A stretch of DNA of 64,000 bases from Eledone cirrhosa (Eukaryota): assembly GCA_964016885.1 (NCBI GenBank), contig OZ024743.1:174902001-174966000 (forward strand). The letters run 5' to 3'. Positions 15,001-30,000 of this stretch are shown one piece after another (position 1 is the stretch's first letter; the number at the start of each line of letters is the position of its first letter). The position numbers and the translations under genes are program-made. Under the pieces are notes generated by a model that saw only the letters and a list, made by a program, of their open reading frames with translations, searched no databases and was not told the origin of the DNA.

Positions 15001-18000
15001 GTCTTTGATATACTGTACCTGTTATATAGGATGTAGGTAGTCTTTGATATACTGTACCTGTTATATAGAATGTAGGTAGTCTTTGATATACTGTACCTGT
15101 TATATAGGATGTAGGTAGTCTTTGATATATTGTACCTGTTACATAGGATGTAGGTAGTCTTTGATATACTGTACCTTTTATATAGGATGTAGGTAGTCTT
15201 TGATATACTGTACCTGTTATATAGGATGTAGGTAGTCTTTGATATACTGTACCTGTTATATAGGATGTCGGTAGTCTTTGATATACTGTACCTGTTATAT
15301 ATGATGTAGGTAGTCTTTGATATACTGTACCTGTTACATAGGATGTAGGTAGTCTTTGATATACTGTACCTGTTACATGAGATGTAGGAAGTCTTTGATA
15401 TACTGTACCTGTTATATAGGATGTAGGTAGTCTTTGATATACTGTACCTGTTATATAGGATGTAGGTAGTCTTTGATATACTGTACCTGTCATATAGGAT
15501 GTCGGTAGTTTTTGATATACTGTACCTGTTATATGACATGTAGGAAGTCTTTGATATAGTGTACCTGTTATATGACATGTAGGAAGTCTTTGATATACTG
15601 TACCTTTTATATAGGATGTAGGTAGTCTTTGATATACTGTACCTGTTATATAGGATGTAGGTAGTGTTTGATATACTGTACCTGTTATATAGGATGTAGG
15701 TAGTGTTTGATATACTGTACCTGTTACATAGGATGTATGTAGTCTTTGATATACTGTACCTGTTACATAGGATGTAGGTAGTCTTTGATATACTGTACCT
15801 GTTATATAGGATGTAGGTAGTCTTTGATATACTGTACCTGTTATATAGGATGTCGGTAGTCTTTGATATAATGTACCTGTTATATAGGATGTAGGTAGTC
15901 TTTGATATACTGTACCTGTTATATAGGATGTAGGTAGTGTTTGATATACTGTACCTGTTATATAGGATGTAGGTAGTCTTTGATATACTGTACCTGTTAT
16001 ATAGGATGTAGGTAGTCTTTGATATACTGTACCTGTTATATAGGATCTCGGTAGTCTTTGATATACTGTACCTGTTATATAGGGTGTAGGTAGTCTTTGA
16101 TATACTGTACCTGTTATATATGATGTAGGTAGTCTTTGATAAACTGTACCTGTTACATAGGATGTATGTAGTCTTTGATATACTGTACCTGTTATATAGG
16201 ATGTAGGTAGTCTTTGATATACTGTACCTGTTATATAGGATGTAGGTAGTCTTTGATATACTGTACCTGTTACATAGGATGTCGGTAGTCTTTGATATAC
16301 TGTACCTGTTATATATGATGTAGGTAGTCTTTGATATACTGTACCTGTTACATAGGATGTAGGTAGTCTTTGATATACTGTACCTGTTACATGAGATGTA
16401 GGAAGTCTTTGATATACTGTACCTGTTATATAGGATGCAGGTAGTCTTTGATATACTGTACCTGTTATATAGGATGTAGGTAGTCTTTGATATACTGTAC
16501 CTGTTATATAGGATGTAGGTAGTCTTTGATATACTGTACCTGTTATATAGGATGTAGGTAGTGTTTGATATACTGTACCTGTTATATAGGATGTAGGTAG
16601 TGTTTGATATACTGTACCTGTTACATAGGATGTATGTAGTCTTTGATATACTGTACCTGTTACATAGGATGTAGGTAGTCTTTGATATACTGTACCTGTT
16701 ATATAGGATGTAGGTAGTCTTTGATATACTGTACCTGTTATATAGGATGTCGGTAGTCTTTGATATAATGTACCTGTTATATAGGATGTAGGTAGTCTTT
16801 GATATACTGTACCTGTTATATAGGATGTAGGTAGTGTTTGATATACTGTACCTGTTATATAGGATGTAGGTAGTCTTTGATATACTGTACCTGTTATATA
16901 GGATGTAGGTAGTCTTTGATATACTGTACCTGTTATATAGGATGTCGGTAGTCTTTGATATACTGTACCTGTTATATAGGGTGTAGGTAGTCTTTGATAT
17001 ACTGTACCTGTTATATATGATGTAGGTAGTCTTTGATAAACTGTACCTGTTACATAGGATGTATGTAGTCTTTGATATACTGTACCTGTTATATAGGATG
17101 TAGGTAGTCTTTGATATACTGTACCTGTTATATAGGATGTAGGTAGTCTTTGATATACTGTACCTGTTACATAGGATGTCGGTAGTCTTTGATATACTGT
17201 ACCTGTTATATATGATGTAGGTAGTCTTTGATATACTGTACCTGTTATATAGGATGTAGGTAGTGTTTGATATACTGTACCTGTTATATAGGATGTAGGT
17301 AGTCTTTGATATACTGTACCTGTTACATAGGATGTCGGTAGTCTTTGATATACTGTACCTGTTATATAGGATGTAGGTAGTCTTTGATATACTGTACCTG
17401 TTATATAGGATGTAGGTAGTCTTTGATATACTGTACCTGTTATGTAGGATGCAGGTAGTCTTTGATATACTGTACCTGTTATATAGGATGTAGGTAGTCT
17501 TTGTTATACTGTACCTGTTATATGGGATGTAGGTAGTCTTTGATGTACTGTACCTGTTATATAGGATGTAGGTAGTCTTTGATATACTGTACCTGTTATA
17601 TAGGATGTAGGTAGTCTTTGATATACTGTACCTGTTATATAGGATGTAGTCTTTGATATACTGTACCTGTTATATAAGATGTAGGTAGTCTTTGATATAC
17701 TGTACCTGTTATATAGGATGTAGGTAGTCTTTGATATACTGTACCTGTTATATAGGATGTAGGTAGTCTTTGCTATACTCTACCTGTTATATATGATGTA
17801 GGTAGTCTTTGATATACTGTACCTGTTATATAGGATGTATGTAGTCTTTGATATACTGTACCTGTTATATAGGATGTAGGTAGTCTTTGATATACTGTAC
17901 CTGTTATATAGGATGTAGGTAGTCTTTGATATACTGTACCTGTTATATAGGATGTCGGTAGTCTTTGATATACTGTACCTGTTATATAGGGTGTAGGTAG

Positions 18001-21000
18001 TCATTGATATACTGTACCTGTTATATATGATGTAGGTAGTCTTTGATAAACTGTACCTGTTACATAGGATGTATGTAGTCTTTGATATACTGTACCTGTT
18101 ATATAGGATGTAGGTAGTCTTTGATATACTGTACCTGTTATATAGGATGTAGGTAGTCTTTGATATACTGTACCTGTTATATAGGATGTAGGTAGTCTTT
18201 GATATAATGTACCTGTTATATAGGATGTATGTAGTCTTTGATATACTGTACCTGTTATATGGGATGTAGGTAGTCTTTGATATACTGTACCTGTTATATA
18301 GGATGTAGGTAGTCTTTGATATACTGTACCTGTTATATAGAATGTAGGTAGTCTTTGATATACTGTACCTGTTATATAGGATGTAGGTAGTCTTTGATAT
18401 ATTGTACCTGTTACATAGGATGTAGGTAGTCTTTGATATACTGTACCTTTTATATAGGATGTAGGTAGTCTTTGATATACTGTACCTGTTATATAGGATG
18501 TAGGTAGTCTTTGATATACTGTACCTGTTATATAGGATGTCGGTAGTCTTTGATATACTGTACCTGTTATATATGATGTAGGTAGTCTTTGATATACTGT
18601 ACCTGTTACATAGGATGTAGGTAGTCTTTGATATACTGTACCTGTTACATGAGATGTAGGAAGTCTTTGATATACTGTACCTGTTATATAGGATGTAGGT
18701 AGTCTTTGATATACTGTACCTGTTATATAGGATGTAGGTAGTCTTTGATATACTGTACCTGTCATATAGGATGTCGGTAGTTTTTGATATACTGTACCTG
18801 TTATATGACATGTAGGAAGTCTTTGATATACTGTACCTGTTATATGACATGTAGGAAGTCTTTGATATACTGTACCTTTTATATAGGATGTAGGTAGTCT
18901 TTGATATACTGTACCTGTTATATAGGATGTAGGTAGTGTTTGATATACTGTACCTGTTATATAGGATGTAGGTAGTGTTTGATATACTGTACCTGTTACA
19001 TAGGATGTATGTAGTCTTTGATATACTGTACCTGTTACATAGGATGTAGGTAGTCTTTGATATACTGTACCTGTTATATAGGATGTAGGTAGTCTTTGAT
19101 ATACTGTACCTGTTATATAGGATGTCGGTAGTCTTTGATATAATGTACCTGTTATATAGGATGTAGGTAGTCTTTGATATACTGTACCTGTTATATAGGA
19201 TGTAGGTAGTGTTTGATATACTGTACCTGTTATATAGGATGTAGGTAGTCTTTGATATACTGTACCTGTTATATAGGATGTAGGTAGTCTTTGATATACT
19301 GTACCTGTTATATAGGATGTCGGTAGTCTTTGATATACTGTACCTGTTATATAGGGTGTAGGTAGTCTTTGATATACTGTACCTGTTATATATGATGTAG
19401 GTAGTCTTTGATAAACTGTACCTGTTACATAGGATGTATGTAGTCTTTGATATACTGTACCTGTTATATAGGATGTAGGTAGTCTTTGATATACTGTACC
19501 TGTTATATAGGATGTAGGTAGTCTTTGATATACTGTACCTGTTACATAGGATGTCGGTAGTCTTTGATATACTGTACCTGTTATATATGATGTAGGTAGT
19601 CTTTGATATACTGTACCTGTTACATAGGATGTAGGTAGTCTTTGATATACTGTACCTGTTACATGAGATGTAGGAAGTCTTTGATATACTGTACCTGTTA
19701 TATAGGATGCAGGTAGTCTTTGATATACTGTACCTGTTATATAGGATGTAGGTAGTCTTTGATATACTGTACCTGTTATATAGGATGTAGGTAGTCTTTG
19801 ATATACTGTACCTGTTATATAGGATGTAGGTAGTCTTTGATATACTGTACCTGTTATATAGGATGTAGGTAGTCTTTGATATACTGTACCTGTTATATAG
19901 GATGTCGGTAGTCTTTGATATACTGTACCTGTTATATGACATGTAGGAAGTCTTTGATATACTGTACCTGTTATATGACGTGTTGGAAGTCTTTGATATA
20001 CTGTACCTGTTATATAGGATGTAGGTAGTCTTTGATATACTGTACCTGTTATATAGGATGTAGGTAGTCTTTGATATACTGTACCTGTTATATAGGATGT
20101 ATGTAGTGTTTGATATACTGTACCTGTTACATAGGATGTATGTAGTCTTTGATATACTGTACCTGTTATATATGATGTAGGTATTCTTTGATAGACTGTA
20201 CCTGTTATATAGGATGAAGGTAGTCTTTGATATACTGTACCTGTTATATATGATGTGGGTAGTCTTTGATATACTGTACTTGTTATATAGGATGTAGTCT
20301 TTGATATACTGTACCTGTTATATAGGATGTAGGTAGTCTTTGATATAGTGTAACTGTTATATAGGATGTAGATAGTCTTTGATATACTGTACCTGTTATA
20401 TAGGATGTAGGTAGTCTTTGATATACTGTACCTGTTATGTAGGATGAAGGTAGTCTTTGATATACTGTACCTGTTATATAGGATGTAGGTAGTCTTTGTT
20501 ATACTGTACCTGTTATATGGGATGTAGGTAGTCTTTGATGTACTGTACCTGTTATATAGGATGTAGGTAGTCTTTGATATACTGTACCTGTTATATAGGA
20601 TGTAGGTAGTCTTTGATATACTGTACCTGTTATATAGGATGTAGTCTTTGATATACTGTACCTGTTATATAAGATGTAGGTAGTCTTTGATATACTGTAC
20701 CTGTTATATAGGATGTAGGTAGTCTTTGATATACTGTACCTGTTATATAGGATGTAGGTAGTCTTTGATATACTGTACCTGTTATATAGGATGTAGGTAG
20801 TCTTTGATATTCTGTACCTGTTATATAGGATGTAGGTAGTCTTTGATATACTTTACCTGTCATATAGGATGTAGGTAGTCTTTGATATACTGTACCTGTT
20901 ATATAGGATGTAGGTTGTCTTTGATATACTGTACCTGTTATATAGGATGTAGGTAGTCTTTGATATACTGTACCTGTTATATAGGATGTAGGTAGTCTTT

Positions 21001-24000
21001 GATATACTGTACCTGTTATATAGGATGTAGGTAGTCTTTGATATACTGTACCTGTTATATAGGATGTAGGTAGTCTTGGATATATTGTACCTGTTATATA
21101 GGATGTAGGTAGACTTTGATATACTATACCTGTTATATGGGATGTAGGTAGTCTTTGATATACTGTACCTGTTATATAGGATGTAGATAGTCTTTGATAT
21201 ACTGTACCTGTTATATAGCATGTAGGTAGTCTTTGATATACTGTACCTGTTACATAGGATGTAGGTAGTCTTTGATATACTGTAACTGTTATATAGGATG
21301 TAGTCTTTGATATACTGTACCTGTTATATAGGATGTAGGTAGTCTTTGATATACTGTACCTGTTATATAGGATGTAGTCTTTGATATACTGTACCTGTTA
21401 TATAAGATGTAGGTAGTCTTTGATATAGTGTAACTGTTATATAGGATGTAGATAGTCTTTGATGCACTGTACCTGTTATATGGGATGTAGTCTTTGATAT
21501 ACTGTACCTGTTACATAGGATGTAGGTAGTCTTTGATATACTGTACCTGTTATATAGGATGTAGGTAGTCTTTGATATACTGTAGCTGTTATATAGGCTG
21601 TAGATAGTCTTTGATATACTGTACCTGTTATATAGGATGTAGTCTTTGATATACTGTACCTCTTATATAGGATGTAGGTAGTCTTTGATATACTGTACCT
21701 GTTATATAGGATGTAGATAGTCTTTGATATACTGTACATGTTATATAGTAAGTAGTCTTTGATATAGTGTACCTGTTATATAGGATGTAGGTAGTCTTTG
21801 ATATACTGTACCTGTTATATAGTATGTAGGTAGTCTTTGATATACTGTACCTGTTATATAGGATGTAGGTAGTCTTTGATATACTGTACCTGTTATATAG
21901 GATGTAGGTAGTCTTTGATATACTGTACCTGTTATATGGGATGTAGGTAGTCTTTGATATACTGTACCTGTTATATAGGATGTAGGTAGTCTTTGATATA
22001 CTGTACCTGTTACATAGGATGTAGGTAGTCTTTGATATACTGTACCTGTTATATAGGATGTATGTAGTTTTGATATACTGTACCTCTTATATAGGATGTA
22101 GGTAGTCTTTGATATACTGTACCTCTTATATAGGATGTAGGTAGTCTTTTATATACTGTACCTGTTATATAGGATGTCGGTAGTCTTTGATATACTGTAC
22201 CTGTTATATGACATGTAGGAAGTCTTTGATATACTGTACCTGTTATATGACGTGTTGGAGGTCTTTGATATACTGTACCTGTTATATAGGATGTAGGTAG
22301 TCTTTGATATACTGTACCTGTTATATAGGATGTAGGTAGTCTTTGATATACTGTACCTGTTATATAGGATGTATGTAGTGTTTGATATACTGTACCTGTT
22401 ACATAGGATGTATGTAGTCTTTGATATACTGTACCTGTTATATATGATGTAGGTATTCTTTGATAGACTGTACCTGTTATATAGGATGAAGGTAGTCTTT
22501 GATATACTGTACCTGTTATATATGATGTAGGTAGTCTTTGATATACTGTACTTGTTATATAGGATGTAGTCTTTGATATACTGTACCTGTTATATAGGAT
22601 GTAGGTAGTCTTTGATATAGTGTAACTGTTATATAGGATGTAGATAGTCTTTGATGCACTGTACCTGTTATATGGGATGTAGTCTTTGATATACTGTACC
22701 TGTTATATAGGATGTAGGTAGTCTTTGATATACTGTACCTGTTATATAGGATGTAGGTAGTCTTTGATATACTGTACCTGTTATATAGGATGTAGGTAGT
22801 CTTTGATATACTGTACCTGTTATGTAGGATGCAGGTAGTCTTTGATATACTGTACCTGTTATATAGGATGTAGGTAGTCTTTGTTATACTGTACCTGTTA
22901 TATGGGATGTAGGTAGTCTTTGATGTACTGTACCTGTTATATAGGATGTAGGTAGTCTTTGATATACTGTACCTGTTATATAGGATGTAGGTAGTCTTTG
23001 ATATACTGTACCTGTTATATAGGATGTAGTCTTTGATATACTGTACCTGTTATATAAGATGTATGTAGTCTTTGATATACTGTACCTGTTATATAGGATG
23101 TCGGTAGTCTTTGATATACTGTACCTGTTATATAGGGTGTAGGTAGTCTTTGATATACTGTACCTGTTATATATGATGTAGGTAGTCTTTGATAAACTGT
23201 ACCTGTTACATAGGATGTATGTAGTCTTTGATATACTGTACCTGTTATATAGGATGTAGGTAGTCTTTGATATACTGTACCTGTTATATAGGATGTAGGT
23301 AGTCTTTGATATACTGTACCTGTTATATAGGATGTAGGTAGTCTTTGATATACTGTACCTGTTATATAGGATGTCGGTAGTCTTTGATATACTGTACCTG
23401 TTATATGACATGTAGGAAGTCTTTGATATACTGTACCTGTTATATGACGTGTTGGAAGTCTTTGATATACTGTACCTGTTATATAGGATGTAGGTAGTCT
23501 TTGATATACTGTACCTGTTATATAGGATGTAGATAGTCTTTGATATACTGTACCTGTTATATAGTATGTAGGTAGTCTTTGATATACTGTACCTGTTATA
23601 TAGGATGTAGGTAGTCTTTGATATACTGTACCTGTTATATAGGATGTAGGTAGTCTTTGATATACTGTACCTGTTATATGGGATGTAGGTAGTCTTTGAT
23701 ATACTGTACCTGTTATATAGGATGTAGGTAGTCTTTGATATACTGTACCTGTTACATAGGATGTAGGTAGTCTTTGATATACTGTACCTGTTATATAGGA
23801 TGTATGTAGTTTTGATATACTGTACCTCTTATATAGGATGTAGGTAGTCTTTGATATACTGTACCTCTTATATAGGATGTAGGTAGTCTTTTATATACTG
23901 TACCTGTTATATAGGATGTCGGTAGTCTTTGATATACTGTACCTGTTATATGACATGTAGGAAGTATTTGATATACTGTACCTGTTATATGACGTGTTGG

Positions 24001-27000
24001 AAGTCTTTGATATACTGTACCTGTTATATAGGATGTAGGTAGTCTTTGATATACTGTACCTGTTATATAGGATGTAGGTAGTCTTTGATATACTGTACCT
24101 GTTATATAGGATGTATGTAGTGTTTGATATACTGTACCTGTTACATAGGATGTATGTAGTCTTTGATATACTGTACCTGTTATATATGATGTAGGTATTC
24201 TTTGATAGACTGTACCTGTTATATAGGATGAAGGTAGTCTTTGATATACTGTACCTGTTATATATGATGTAGGTAGTCTTTGATATACTGTACTTGTTAT
24301 ATAGGATGTAGTCTTTGATATACTGTACCTGTTATATAGGATGTAGGTAGTCTTTGATATAGTGTAACTGTTATATAGGATGTAGATAGTCTTTGATGCA
24401 CTGTACCTGTTATATGGGATGTAGTCTTTGATATACTGTACCTGTTATATAGGATGTAGGTAGTCTTTGATATACTGTACCTGTTATATAGGATGTAGGT
24501 AGTCTTTGATATACTGTACCTGTTATATAGGATGTAGGTAGTCTTTGATATACTGTACCTGTTATGTAGGATGCAGGTAGTCTTTGATATACTGTACCTG
24601 TTATATAGGATGTAGGTAGTCTTTGTTATACTGTACCTGTTATATGGGATGTAGGTAGTCTTTGATGTACTGTACCTGTTATATAGGATGTAGGTAGTCT
24701 TTGATATACTGTACCTGTTATATAGGATGTAGGTAGTCTTTGATATACTGTACCTGTTATATAGGATGTAGTCTTTGATATACTGTACCTGTTATATAAG
24801 ATGTATGTAGTCTTTGATATACTGTACCTGTTATATAGGATGTCGGTAGTCTTTGATATACTGTACCTGTTATATAGGGTGTAGGTAGTCTTTGATATAC
24901 TGTACCTGTTATATATGATGTAGGTAGTCTTTGATAAACTGTACCTGTTACATAGGATGTATGTAGTCTTTGATATACTGTACCTGTTATATAGGATGTA
25001 GCTAGTCTTTGATATACTGTACCTGTTATATAGGATGTAGGTAGTCTTTGATATACTGTACCTGTTACATAGGATGTCGGTAGTCTTTGATATACTGTAC
25101 CTGTTATATATGATGTAGGTAGTCTTTGATATACTGTACCTGTTACATAGGATGTAGGTAGTCTTTGATATACTGTACCTGTTACATGAGATGTAGGAAG
25201 TCTTTGATATACTGTACCTGTTATATAGGATGCAGGTAGTCTTTGATATACTGTACCTGTTATATAGGATGTAGGTAGTCTTTGATATACTGTACCTGTT
25301 ATATAGGATGTAGGTAGTCTTTGATATACTGTACCTGTTATATAGGATGTAGGTAGTCTTTGATATACTGTACCTGTTATATAGGATGTAGGTAGTCTTT
25401 GATATACTGTACCTGTTATATAGGATGTCGGTAGTCTTTGATATACTGTACCTGTTATATGACATGTAGGAAGTCTTTGATATACTGTACCTGTTATATG
25501 ACGTGTTGGAAGTCTTTGATATACTGTACCTGTTATATAGGATGTAGGTAGTCTTTGATATACTGTACCTGTTATATAGGATGTAGGTAGTCTTTGATAT
25601 ACTGTACCTGTTATATAGGATGTATGTAGTGTTTGATATACTGTACCTGTTACATAGGATGTATGTAGTCTTTGATATACTGTACCTGTTATATATGATG
25701 TAGGTATTCTTTGATAGACTGTACCTGTTATATAGGATGAAGGTAGTCTTTGATATACTGTACCTGTTATATATGATGTAGGTAGTCTTTGATATACTGT
25801 ACTTGTTATATAGGATGTAGTCTTTGATATACTGTACCTGTTATATAGGATGTAGGTAGTCTTTGATATAGTGTAACTGTTATATAGGATGTAGATAGTC
25901 TTTGATATACTGTACCTGTTATATAGGATGTAGGTAGTCTTTGATATACTGTACCTGTTATGTAGGATGCAGGTAGTCTTTGATATACTGTACCTGTTAT
26001 ATAGGATGTAGGTAGTCTTTGTTATACTGTACCTGTTATATGGGATGTAGGTAGTCTTTGATGTACTGTACCTGTTATATAGGATGTAGGTAGTCTTTGA
26101 TATACTGTACCTGTTATATAGGATGTAGGTAGTCTTTGATATACTGTACCTGTTATATAGGATGTAGTCTTTGATATACTGTACCTGTTATATAAGATGT
26201 AGGTAGTCTTTGATATACTGTACCTGTTATATAGGATGTAGGTAGTCTTTGATATACTGTACCTGTTATATAGGATGTAGGTAGTCTTTGATATACTGTA
26301 CCTGTTATATAGGATGTAGGTAGTCTTTGATATACTGTACCTGTTATATAGGATGTAGGTAGTCTTTGATATACTTTACCTGTCATATAGGATGTAGGTA
26401 GTCTTTGATATACTGTACCTGTTATATAGGATGTAGGTTGTCTTTGATATACTGTACCTGTTATATAGGATGTAGGTAGTCTTTGATATACTGTACCTGT
26501 TATATAGGATGTAGGTAGTCTTTGATATACTGTACCTGTTATATAGGATGTACGTAGTCTTTGATATACTGTACCTGTTATATAGGATGTAGGTAGTCTT
26601 GGATATACTGTACCTGTTATATAGGATGTAGGTAGACTTTGATATACTATACCTGTTATATGGGATGTAGGTAGTCTTTGATATACTGTACCTGTTATAT
26701 AGGATGTAGATAGTCTTTGATATACTGTACCTGTTATATAGCATGTAGGTAGTCTTTGATATACTGTACCTGTTACATAGGATGTAGGTAGTCTTTGATA
26801 TACTGTAACTGTTATATAGGATGTAGTCTTTGATATACTGTACCTGTTATATAGGATGTAGGTAGTCTTTGATATACTGTACCTGTTATATAGGATGTAG
26901 TCTTTGATATACTGTACCTGTTATATAAGATGTAGGTAGTCTTTGATATAGTGTAACTGTTATATAGGATGTAGATAGTCTTTGATGCACTGTACCTGTT

Positions 27001-30000
27001 ATATGGGATGTAGTCTTTGATATACTGTACCTGTTACATAGGATGTAGGTAGTCTTTGATATACTGTACCTGTTATATAGGATGTAGGTAGTCTTTGATA
27101 TACTGTAGCTGTTATATAGGCTGTAGATAGTCTTTGATATACTGTACCTGTTATATAGGATGTAGTCTTTGATATACTGTACCTCTTATATAGGATGTAG
27201 GTAGTCTTTGATATACTGTACCTGTTATATAGGATGTAGATAGTCTTTGATATACTGTACCTGTTATATAGTAAGTAGTCTTTGATATAGTGTACCTGTT
27301 ATATAGGATGTAGGTAGTCTTTGATATACTGTACCTGTTATATAGTATGTAGGTAGTCTTTGATATACTGTACCTGTTATATAGGATGTAGGTAGTCTTT
27401 GATATACTGTACCTGTTATATAGGATGTAGGTAGTCTTTGATATACTGTACCTGTTATATGGGATGTAGGTAGTCTTTGATATACTGTACCTGTTATATA
27501 GGATGTAGGTAGTCTTTGATATACTGTACCTGTTACATAGGATGTAGGTAGTCTTTGATATACTGTACCTGTTATATAGGATGTATGTAGTTTTGATATA
27601 CTGTACCTCTTATATAGGATGTAGGTAGTCTTTGATATACTGTACCTCTTATATAGGATGTAGGTAGTCTTTTATATACTGTACCTGTTATATAGGATGT
27701 CGGTAGTCTTTGATATACTGTACCTGTTATATGACATGTAGGAAGTCTTTGATATACTGTACCTGTTATATGACGTGTTGGAAGTCTTTGATATACTGTA
27801 CCTGTTATATAGGATGTAGGTAGTCTTTGATATACTGTACCTGTTATATAGGATGTAGGTAGTCTTTGATATACTGTACCTGTTATATAGGATGTATGAA
27901 GTGTTTGATATACTGTACCTGTTACATAGGATGTATGTAGTCTTTGATATACTGTACCTGTTATATATGATGTAGGTATTCTTTGATAGACTGTACCTGT
28001 TATATAGGATGAAGGTAGTCTTTGATATACTGTACCTGTTATATATGATGTAGGTAGTCTTTGATATACTGTACTTGTTATATAGGATGTAGTCTTTGAT
28101 ATACTGTACCTGTTATATAGGATGTAGGTAGTCTTTGATATAGTGTAACTGTTATATAGGATGTAGATAGTCTTTGATGCACTGTACCTGTTATATGGGA
28201 TGTAGTCTTTGATATACTGTACCTGTTATATAGGATGTAGGTAGTCTTTGATATACTGTACCTGTTATATAGGATGTAGGTAGTCTTTGATATACTGTAC
28301 CTGTTATATAGGATGTAGGTAGTCTTTGATATACTGTACCTGTTATGTAGGATGCAGGTAGTCTTTGATATACTGTACCTGTTATATAGGATGTAGGTAG
28401 TCTTTGTTATACTGTACCTGTTATATGGGATGTAGGTAGTCTTTGATGTACTGTACCTGTTATATAGGATGTAGGTAGTCTTTGATATACTGTACCTGTT
28501 ATATAGGATGTAGGTAGTCTTTGATATACTGTACCTGTTATATAGGATGTAGTCTTTGATATACTGTACCTGTTATATAAGATGTATGTAGTCTTTGATA
28601 TACTGTACCTGTTATATAGGATGTAGGTAGTCTTTGATATACTGTACCTGTTATATAGGATGTAGGTAGTCTTTGATATACTGTACCTGTTATATAGGAT
28701 GTAGGTAGTCTTTGATATACTGTACCTGTTATATAGGATGTAGGTAGTCTTTGATATACTTTACCTGTCATATAGGATGTAGGTAGTCTTTGATATACTG
28801 TACCTGTTATATAGGATGTAGGTTGTCTTTGATATACTGTACCTGTTATATAGGATGTAGGTAGTCTTTGATATACTGTACCTGTTATATAGGATGTAGG
28901 TAGTCTTTGATATACTGTACCTGTTATATAGGATGTAGGTAGTCTTTGATATACTGTACCTGTTATATAGGATGTAGGTAGTCTTGGATATACTGTACCT
29001 GTTATATAGGATGTAGGTAGACTTTGATATACTATACCTGTTATATAGGATGTAGGTAGTCTTTGATATACTGTACCTGTTATATAGGATGTAGATAGTC
29101 TTTGATATACTGTACCTGTTATATAGCATGTAGGTAGTCTTTGATATACTGTACCTGTTACATAGGATGTAGGTAGTCTTTGATATACTGTAACTGTTAT
29201 ATAGGATGTAGTCTTAGATATACTGTACCTGTTATATAGGATGTAGGTAGTCTTTGATATACTGTACCTGTTATATAGGATGTAGTCTTTGATATACTGT
29301 ACCTGTTATATAAGATGTAGGTAGTCTTTGATATAGTGTAACTGTTATATAGGATGTAGATAGTCTTTGATGCACTGTACCTGTTATATGGGATGTAGTC
29401 TTTGATATACTGTACCTGTTACATAGGATGTAGGTAGTCTTTGATATACTGTACCTGTTATATAGGATGTAGGTAGTCTTTGATATACTGTAGCTGTTAT
29501 ATAGGCTGTAGATAGTCTTTGATATACTGTACCTGTTATATAGGATGTAGTCTTTGATATACTGTACCTCTTATATAGGATGTAGGTAGTCTTTGATATA
29601 CTGTACCTGTTATATATGATGTAGATAGTCTTTGATATACTGTACCTGTTATATGGTAAGTAGTCTTTGATATAGTGTACCTGTTATATAGGATGTAGGT
29701 AGTCTTTGATATACTGTACCTGTTATATAGTATGTAGGTAGTCTTTGATATACTGTACCTGTTATATAGGATGTAGGTAGTCTTTGATATACTGTACCTG
29801 TTATATAGGATGTAGGTAGTCTTTGATATACTGTACCTCTTATATAGGATGTAGGTAGTCTTTTATATACTGTACCTGTTATATAGGATGTAGGTAGTCT
29901 TTGATATACTGTACCTGTTATATAGGATGTAGGTAGTCTTTGATATACTGTACCTGTTATATAGGATGTAGGTAGTCTTTGATATACTGTACCTGTTATG

